NCBI RefSeq assembly: GCF_006345805.1
Contig: NW_021829831.1
Coordinates: 1 to 5,823 of the forward strand
Reading direction: 5' to 3'
DNA from: Octopus sinensis
Taxonomy: Eukaryota
DNA length: 5,823 bases
A program made the position numbers and the translations under genes. Below are positions 1 through 5,823 of the stretch, piece by piece. Below the pieces are notes generated by a model. It was not told the DNA's origin. It saw only the letters and a program-made list of their open reading frames with translations, and did not search any database. Position 1 is the stretch's first letter, and each line of letters opens with the position of its first letter.

Positions 1-29
1 CAACACACATATAGCTATATAACACACAA

Positions 30-30
<1 letters not shown>

Positions 31-86
<56 letters not shown>

Positions 87-95
87 AACACACAT
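31..95. repeat. (CA)n microsatellite
   Basis: Near-perfect CA run with two CAAA interruptions, visible directly. Confidence 0.97.
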
Positions 96-167
96 ATATT
101 TGTATATATTATATGTTTTAATTTACAAACATGCCACAACTCTATTTTATGAGTATCCGCTCTCACC

Positions 168-392
168 ATGTAATAATGCTGCTGATATTAATATTAATAA
201 TAAAAACGGTTTCCTGTTTAGACACAATGCCAGAAATTTTGAGTGGAGTTGGTTAGTCAATTGTATTATTTGACTGGTAAATTACTTTATTGCCATAGAA
301 TTTGACCTTGGCATAATGTGTGACCTGAATATAAAGTGCCAGAACCAATACCACAAGGCATTTTTGCTGATATTCCAATGATTTTGCTAATC
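168..392 (-). mobile_element. tRNA-derived SINE, copy A (heavily decayed, internal deletions)
   Basis: Shares collinear blocks with the better copies at 791-1236: 'gccagaaattttg', 'gactggta', 'tttgacc', 'gaatataaag', 'aaggcatttt' and 'aatgattttgc'. A degenerate AAT-rich tail lies at the left end (~170-205). Confidence 0.7.
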
Positions 393-401
393 AAACACCT
401 T

Positions 402-443
402 TAATGATGATGATAATAATAATAAGAAGAAGAAGAAGAAGAA
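402..443. repeat. compound triplet repeat (ATG)n(AAT)n(AAG)n, probable tail of SINE copy B
   Basis: Directly visible, and it abuts the 3' end (minus strand) of copy B. Confidence 0.9.
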
Positions 444-444
444 A

Positions 445-655
445 CTGGGGTATGATGGTAATTGCTTCTTGCAGACGCTCAAGTCGTGAAATTTGTGTGT
501 GTAGTTTTGGTTAGTATCAGGAACTCTTGTGCTTGACTGGTACTTTATTTTATTGGCACACAAAAGGATGAATGTCAAAGTTGACCACGATTAGATTTGA
601 ACACAAAATGTAAAGAACTAGAATGTGTACTGCAGACCATTTTCCCCATTCCACT
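445..655 (-). mobile_element. tRNA-derived SINE, copy B (decayed, 5' head truncated)
   Basis: Collinear motifs 'tgaaatttg', 'gtgcttgactggtactttatttt', 'aaaaggatgaa', 'caaagttgacc', 'atttgaac' (B-box remnant ~593-603), 'aatgtaaaga' and 'catttt'. No recognisable A box. Confidence 0.75.
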
Positions 656-662
656 ATCTAGA

Positions 663-790
663 TAACAATAATGTTCTCATATGGAGTCAGTGTCAGAAAT
701 TTGGTGAGGAGATGTTAGTCAATTAAATTTTTTACTAGGCCCAAAGGCATTTTGTTAGAAAGCCTAATGATTCTACCAAACCACCAGCTA
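663..790 (-). mobile_element. tRNA-derived SINE, copy C (large central deletion)
   Basis: The tail-proximal part 'tcagaaatttggtgaggag..tagtcaatta' is joined at ~730-740 directly to the head part 'aaggcattttg..aatgattctaccaaaccacc'. The central domain and B box are missing. Confidence 0.65.
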
Positions 791-1020
791 TAATAATAAT
801 AATGATCTTTCCTATTATAGGCACAGTGCCTGAAATTTTGGGAGAGGGAGATAGTTGATTACATAGATCCTGGTGCTTGACCTGTACTTATTTCATTGAC
901 CCCCAAAAAATGAAAAGAAAAGTCAGCCATGGCAGAATTTGAACCCAGAATATAAAGATGAGTGAAATGTCAATAAGTATTTTGTCCAACATGCTAACGA
1001 CTCTGCCAGTTCACCACCTG
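791..1020 (-). mobile_element. tRNA-derived SINE, copy D (near full length)
   Basis: On the minus strand it has A box TGGCAGAGTCG (998-1008), B box GGTTCAAATTC (935-945), a central domain, a 3' body 'aaaatttcaggcactgtgcctataataggaaag' and an (ATT)n tail at 791-803. It aligns end to end with copy E. It resembles the Octopus tRNA-derived OR-type SINEs from memory; the family name is not verified. Confidence 0.9.
935..1008 (-). promoter_or_regulatory. Pol III type-2 internal promoter remnant (A and B boxes) of SINE copy D
   Basis: A box TGGCAGAGTCG and B box GGTTCAAATTC are close to the TRGCNNARYGG and GGTTCRANNCC consensuses, in the correct order. Confidence 0.65.
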
Positions 1021-1236
1021 AATAATAATCCTTTCTACTAAAGGCACAAAGCCTGAAATTTTGGGGGAGGGGGCCCGTTGATTACACTGACCCCAGTGCT
1101 CAGCTGGTACTCATTTTATCAACCCTCAAAGGCAAAGTCAGCCTTAGCAGCATTTGAACTGAGAATGTAAAGACAGACGAAATACTTGCTAAGCATTTTC
1201 CCCAGCATATTAACAATTCTGCCAGCTCCTCACCCT
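1021..1236 (-). mobile_element. tRNA-derived SINE, copy E (best preserved)
   Basis: On the minus strand it has A box TGGCAGAATTG (1214-1224), B box AGTTCAAATGC (1150-1160), central 'gataaaatgagtaccagctgagcactggggtc' and an (ATT)n tail at 1021-1029. It has a short deletion near 1125-1135 relative to copies B and D. Confidence 0.92.
1150..1224 (-). promoter_or_regulatory. Pol III type-2 internal promoter remnant (A and B boxes) of SINE copy E
   Basis: A box TGGCAGAATTG and B box AGTTCAAATGC; the B box is more degenerate than in copy D. Confidence 0.55.
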
Positions 1237-1341
1237 AATAATAATAATAATAAAATAAAAAAAAAATAATAATAATAATAATAATGAGAAGAAGAAGAAG
1301 AAGAAGAAGAAGAAGAAGAAGAAGAAGAAGAAGAAGAAGAA
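1237..1341. repeat. compound (AAT)n-(AAG)n microsatellite
   Basis: An interrupted AAT run at 1237-1285 is followed by a perfect AAG run at ~1288-1341. Confidence 0.97.
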
Positions 1342-1516
1342 GAGTAGCAGCAGTATATTAGAATTGACATTTTAGTAATGATGGCAGGCATTGTTAACCA
1401 ACTATTTTGAAATTTGAAAAAGAAAATAAATTACACAGTGCAATGAAAAACATATTGCTTGTTTACTAGTGGAATATACTACCAATCACATCACACTGAG
1501 TTTGCTTATATTCTTC

Positions 1517-1519
<3 letters not shown>

Positions 1520-1560
<41 letters not shown>

Positions 1561-1611
1561 TATTATATATAAAATATATTATATATATAAAATATATATA
1601 TATATATATAT

Positions 1612-1649
<38 letters not shown>

Positions 1650-1835
1650 GTATAAATATATATATACATACATATATATAATACATAATATACATATATA
1701 AAATATATATATATTTTATATATGTATATTATGTATATATATATATGTATGTATGTATGTGTACATGTTTGTGTGTGCATATGTATGTATATGTAATGTG
1801 TGATGTATGTGTATGTGTATATAATATATATATAA
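1520..1835. repeat. long interrupted (TA)n grading into (ATGT)n/(GT)n
   Basis: Directly visible low-complexity tract. Confidence 0.97.
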
Positions 1836-2904
1836 TATTTTATATAAACTCTTACATTAAAATACTACATACTATGTATGTAGCGGTGTAAGGATTATAC
1901 CGTATATAAGTATTGTTTACTGTATATTTATATTTTTAATCAGCTGTTGTAGTGTGCTTTTTCTGTCACCAGTTTCCCTTCCTTGTTTCTCTTTTTCCAT
2001 TTACAAAAAAATTATGTTGGCTTCACCCCGAGAGTAAGGAGAAAAAATTCAGATTTAATCCACAAAACAATTCATCCCTTTGTGTTGAAATAAATACATT
2101 TTAAGGTTTTGGTATATTAAAAAATATAATAACAGCTTCATAGGCTTTTACTAATTTCATATCTTTCAAATATTATTAATTGTCAGGTTTCAGTTAATTT
2201 TGAATGGTATAACATTTTTGCAGAAAAAAATTTTCTGTCATAGATTATATTTAAAAAAATAAATAGATTTTTTTTCAAAAATTCTAATTCTCCTTTTTAA
2301 ATTTGTTTTTTCTCCAAGATAATATATGCCTGTATTTCAGAGTAAATTTTTTTTAAAAGAAAAAAGAATATATAAAAAAATGGAAATAGAAAAACAGAAT
2401 GCATTTTTAATTAGAATAGTGCTTTGGAATAATTGAATTTTCAAAACAAAAATTTAATTTTAAACAATGTCGAGTGCAATGGTCAACACCATATTTGGAT
2501 AAATTTAGTTAAACTAAAACTATGGGGGATTACCGATGTTCTGGACAACTGACTGTAACTAGCTTCTGCAGCCAATCAGAAGTGAGAATGTAGTTTGCCA
2601 CATGATAATGAGCTTGCAGAGACATGCCCAAGATTTCATGGCAGTTATCTCATCCAATCATAATGAAGACAGCACATATATTATGGTCACTTTATAAAAT
2701 AATGGCTTTTTTTTTCCTACGAACTTTTTTTTTCTCTTTCTCCGATCTCTCTTTCTATCTTTTTTTTAATGTCTCGTTATCAAACAGATATTTCTAAAGC
2801 AGCTTTATGATATTTTGTGCAATGCATTAACATTTCTGAGAAAACACTACTTCTCAAAGTAAAGCATACTCCTCTGTCTTTCCACAATTTTTTCTTTTGT
2901 CTAG

Positions 2905-3033
2905 AATATACAAACAAACATACACACATGCACACACTCACACACATACATACACACGCACACACATGCATATATAGATAAGGACACACACATATATTCA
3001 TATATATGCACATGTATGTACTCTGTGTATGTG

Positions 3034-3064
<31 letters not shown>

Positions 3065-3112
3065 CTATATAGCTATCTAGATAGATAGATCGATAGGTAG
3101 ACAGATAGATAG
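2905..3112. repeat. compound (CA/ATAC)n-(TA)n-(GATA)n microsatellite
   Basis: CA-rich at 2905-2990, TA at 3035-3058 and GATA at 3078-3112. Confidence 0.93.
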
Positions 3113-3679
3113 AATATGTAACTATTTTGTGTTATTCTTCTTCAAATAGGCAATGATATTTTTTCCTCAAACTTCAAATTGGATGGAGTAGACTAAAACA
3201 AATTGAAACTGTATTGTGAAATATATTTTCACTATATTATGAAAGAAAAAAAATTGGTGATAAAATAAAAGAATTATTAATATGTATCAACAGAAAGGAG
3301 TAATTAATTGAAATTTCTTAATCAGTTTTATTTGTAAGCTAAAGGTTTTGATGTTTGCTATAAGCATCAATTGAAACAATTTAATTATTGTTAAGATAAT
3401 TAAAATTCTTAAATAATGATTTTGTCTGTATGTGAATTAAATCTTTGTGAAAGCACAAATATTTCAACAAATATATTTTGATATTAAACTTTGATATGTT
3501 TCCTCATATACTTTTTTTCTATCTTAAGGGTTTCACTCAGATGGTGTATCTGTAGTTGATAATTAATCTACCCTTATATCAACATTATTAGTACTGACAC
3601 TGCTATTCTCTTCTCTTCTATTACTATTAATGCTGACGAAAGTTGATGACAAGTTTTTCTGTCTACACATTCTATAACT

Positions 3680-3914
3680 ATGTGTATACAAATATATGTA
3701 TGTGTGCCTGTGTGTTTGTCTATCATGTATTATATGTATGTATGTATGTATTATGTATATAATTGCACATATTTATATATACATATATACATACAAGGAT
3801 GTATACAAAAATGTACATATATATATGTATATATATATTTATAATAATGTATATATAAATGGTTGTACATATTTGATGCATTTGATGATATATATATATG
3901 GAAGCACACATATG

Positions 3915-3945
<31 letters not shown>

Positions 3946-3983
3946 TTGTATGTATGAATATAATATATCTATATCTATCTAGC

Positions 3984-3985
<2 letters not shown>
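3680..3985. repeat. degenerate (ATGT)n/(TA)n tract
   Basis: Directly visible; it produces the spurious Y/I/M/C/V-rich ORFs. Confidence 0.93.
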
Positions 3986-3986
<1 letters not shown>

Positions 3987-4032
<46 letters not shown>

Positions 4033-4054
4033 TAATAATAATAATAATGATAAT
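3987..4054. repeat. (AAT)n microsatellite with two GAT variants
   Basis: Directly visible; it gives the poly-Ile stretch of ORF 3696..4082. Confidence 0.97.
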
Positions 4055-4107
4055 AAGTACAGCATGGACTAATACTGAATAGCATTTCATAATTAAAAAA
4101 ATTATTT

Positions 4108-4131
4108 TATCTATCTATCTATCTATCTATC

Positions 4132-4172
<41 letters not shown>
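4108..4172. repeat. (CTAT)n = (GATA)n microsatellite
   Basis: Near-perfect tetranucleotide run with one extra C at ~4131. Confidence 0.97.
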
Positions 4173-4499
4173 AATTAGTATATGTGTATTATATATGTGT
4201 ATACATGCACACACGTACAGACACATATAATAACACACACTAACACTGAATAGTTGTTTTTGATTGGTGAGGTGTATTATATAACTTCGCAAGTTAGCAT
4301 TCAAAATAACTGTTCAATGAATACAGCTAGTTAGCTAGTATCACTCTAACTGCTGCACAGGAGTTGGAGAAAGTAGTACAAAAGCTACAGTTATAGTAGC
4401 CTGCCATAGCAAGAGTAGATAGAGGACAACAGCACAACTAACTAGAGTGCCAAGTATAATACTAAGTGTTTATCATGCCTTTCTACAAATATCACTTTG

Positions 4500-4790
4500 T
4501 ACTAGTAAAAACAGATACATCTGCCTCTGTCTATGTAATAATTTATCTATTTATCTATTTATCAATTTATACATCTACCTACCTCCCTGTCTACCTACCT
4601 TCTTCCCTACCTCACTACTCATCTACATAACACATCTATATGCATATATGCCTATCCATGCTTCTGTTTATCTAACTGTCTGTCTATTTGTCTGTCCATC
4701 TGTCCACCACCCTGTCTGCCTCATTACCCATATATCTACCTCTATCTGTCTGTCAGTCTATCTACCTACCCATCTATCTCTATCATTATA
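4500..4790. repeat. old degenerate tetranucleotide array (CTAT/CTAC/CTGT/TTAT variants)
   Basis: The 4-nt periodicity persists, for example 'ctatttatctatttatc', 'ctacctacct' and 'ctgtctgtctatttgtctgtcc'. Confidence 0.75.
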
Positions 4791-4794
4791 CATA

Positions 4795-4890
4795 CATGCA
4801 CACACACACATATACTGATATATGTATAAATGTATACACACACACAGACACACAGACACACACACATATATATATATAGAGAGAGAGATA
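4795..4890. repeat. compound (CA)n-(TA)n-(GA)n
   Basis: Directly visible. Confidence 0.9.
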
Positions 4891-5223
4891 TGTTTACAAA
4901 CACAGATAAATGCATGTACATATATCTGTTTATACATAGACATACAAACATTATATATATATATATATACATAATTAGATTAATGTTGTAATAACAAAGA
5001 GGGGAAAAAATGTTTATGGCCACACCACACACACACACACACATATATATATAGAGAGTTGTTTACAAATACAGATAAATGCATGTACATATATCTGTTT
5101 ATACATAGACATACAAACATTATATATATATACATAGACATACAAACATTATATATATATATATATATACATAATTAAATTAATGTTGTAATAACAAAGA
5201 GGGGTAAAAATGTTTATGGTCAT
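4891..5223 (+). repeat. direct tandem duplication: core 4891-5023 repeated at 5060-5223
   Basis: The stretch 'tgtttacaaa(c/t)acagataaatgcatgtacatatatctgtttatacatagacatacaaacatt...taatgttgtaataacaaagagggg(a/t)aaaaatgtttatgg' occurs twice with about 5 substitutions. Each copy is preceded by (CA)n(TA)n(GA)n. Confidence 0.96.
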
Positions 5224-5544
5224 AAATTTTGCAATTACTAATTTTAAATTTTCATTTCAAACATTGCAGTTACTCTACTTGGTGCCATATCCAATCCAAC
5301 CTATTATGCTGTTGGTCTGTTCTAGAATTCCTTCTAGTCTTTCATTTACTATCCCACTACCCCTCTGCTGTCTTTCTTTCTCTCAGTGACAATTTTTTTT
5401 TTCACTTAATAAATTAAAATTTTCAGTGTTCAATATGGCTGCCACTGCTATAATGGCACCTAAAAGTTAATTGAAGATTTATGAAAGTGTGTCTCCCTAC
5501 ACTTGTCCTTTATCTTGCTAAAAGTAACTAAACACTAGTACTAT

Positions 5545-5823
5545 GCATGTATGTAAGCATGTATGTATGTATGTAAGCATGTATGTATGTATGTATGTAT
5601 GTATGTATGTATGTATGTATGTATGTATGTATGCATGTATGTATGTAAGCATGAACGTATGTATGTATAGTATATATGTAAAAATATATGTGTGTGTATG
5701 TGTATGTATGTATGTAAGCATGAACATATGTATGTATAGTATATATGTTAATAATATATATGTGTGTGTATGTGTATGTATGTATGTATGTATGTATGTA
5801 GCATGAACTCTGCATGTATAGTA
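5545..5823. repeat. (ATGT)n array with GTAAGC variants and a higher-order ~69-bp unit
   Basis: Perfect ATGT run at ~5580-5632. The marker 'gt(a)agcatgaac' recurs at 5645, 5714 and 5798. Confidence 0.95.

Noticed and set aside
154-163. TATCCGCTC match to the lac operator (vector contamination)
   Set aside because: The match is only 9 bp and there is no flanking vector sequence.
791-1236. tRNA genes
   Set aside because: A and B boxes are present, but there is no cloverleaf, and the boxes are attached to a SINE body and an (ATT)n tail.
165-1236. CRISPR-like or integron-like repeat/spacer array
   Set aside because: The units are long, divergent eukaryotic SINEs with no short invariant repeats and no cas or integrase genes.
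1943-2040. Possible exon between TTTTTAATCAG or CTGTCACCAG and GA|GTAAGG
   Set aside because: The interior is pyrimidine- and A-run-rich with no protein-like frame, and such motifs are common by chance in AT-rich DNA.
2040-2500. A/T homopolymer-rich stretch as terminators or a bent-DNA element
   Set aside because: This is ordinary AT-rich eukaryotic non-coding composition, with no stem-loops and no clear 10-bp phasing visible by eye.
3073-3084. 12-bp palindrome CTATCTAGATAG
   Set aside because: It is simply the strand-switch point of a GATA microsatellite.
4281-4293. ATAACTTCG resemblance to a loxP arm
   Set aside because: Only 9 of 13 bases match, and there is no spacer or second arm.
5281-5460. 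8-bp inverted repeat GGTGCCAT/ATGGCACC bounding 180 bp (possible MITE)
   Set aside because: The repeat is too short, it does not extend, and there is no target-site duplication.
387-5815. The supplied ORFs treated as protein-coding genes (for example 1520..1780, 3696..4082, 4447..4818, 4766..5044, 5528..5815, 5543..5806)
   Set aside because: Most are translations of TA, CA, ATGT, CTAT, AAT or AAG repeats (YI, CV, HT, MYVC, poly-I and poly-F patterns), which are stop-free by construction. ORF 387..578 is antisense read-through of a SINE and its tail, and ORF 5229..5417 starts inside an intron-like tract. None has a recognisable domain.

Overview
This window is very AT-rich, CpG-poor eukaryotic DNA dominated by microsatellites. 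The repeat landscape (CA, TA, GATA, ATGT, AAT and AAG runs plus a tRNA-derived SINE with an (ATT)n tail) closely resembles coleoid cephalopod (Octopus-like) intronic or intergenic DNA. That assignment is from pattern recognition and is not verified. No complete gene is supported, and the supplied ORFs are mostly microsatellite artefacts. The main real structure is a head-to-tail array of five minus-strand SINE copies (~165-1236) that appear to fall into two subfamilies and are least decayed at the right end. There is also a recent ~170-190 bp tandem duplication with a nested 29-bp duplication (4891-5223) and a higher-order repeat inside an ATGT array. Several short unique-sequence islands (2521-2700, 2788-2862, 5270-5460) are possible small exons or regulatory elements, all at low confidence. 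I found no convincing evidence of a novel biological system.
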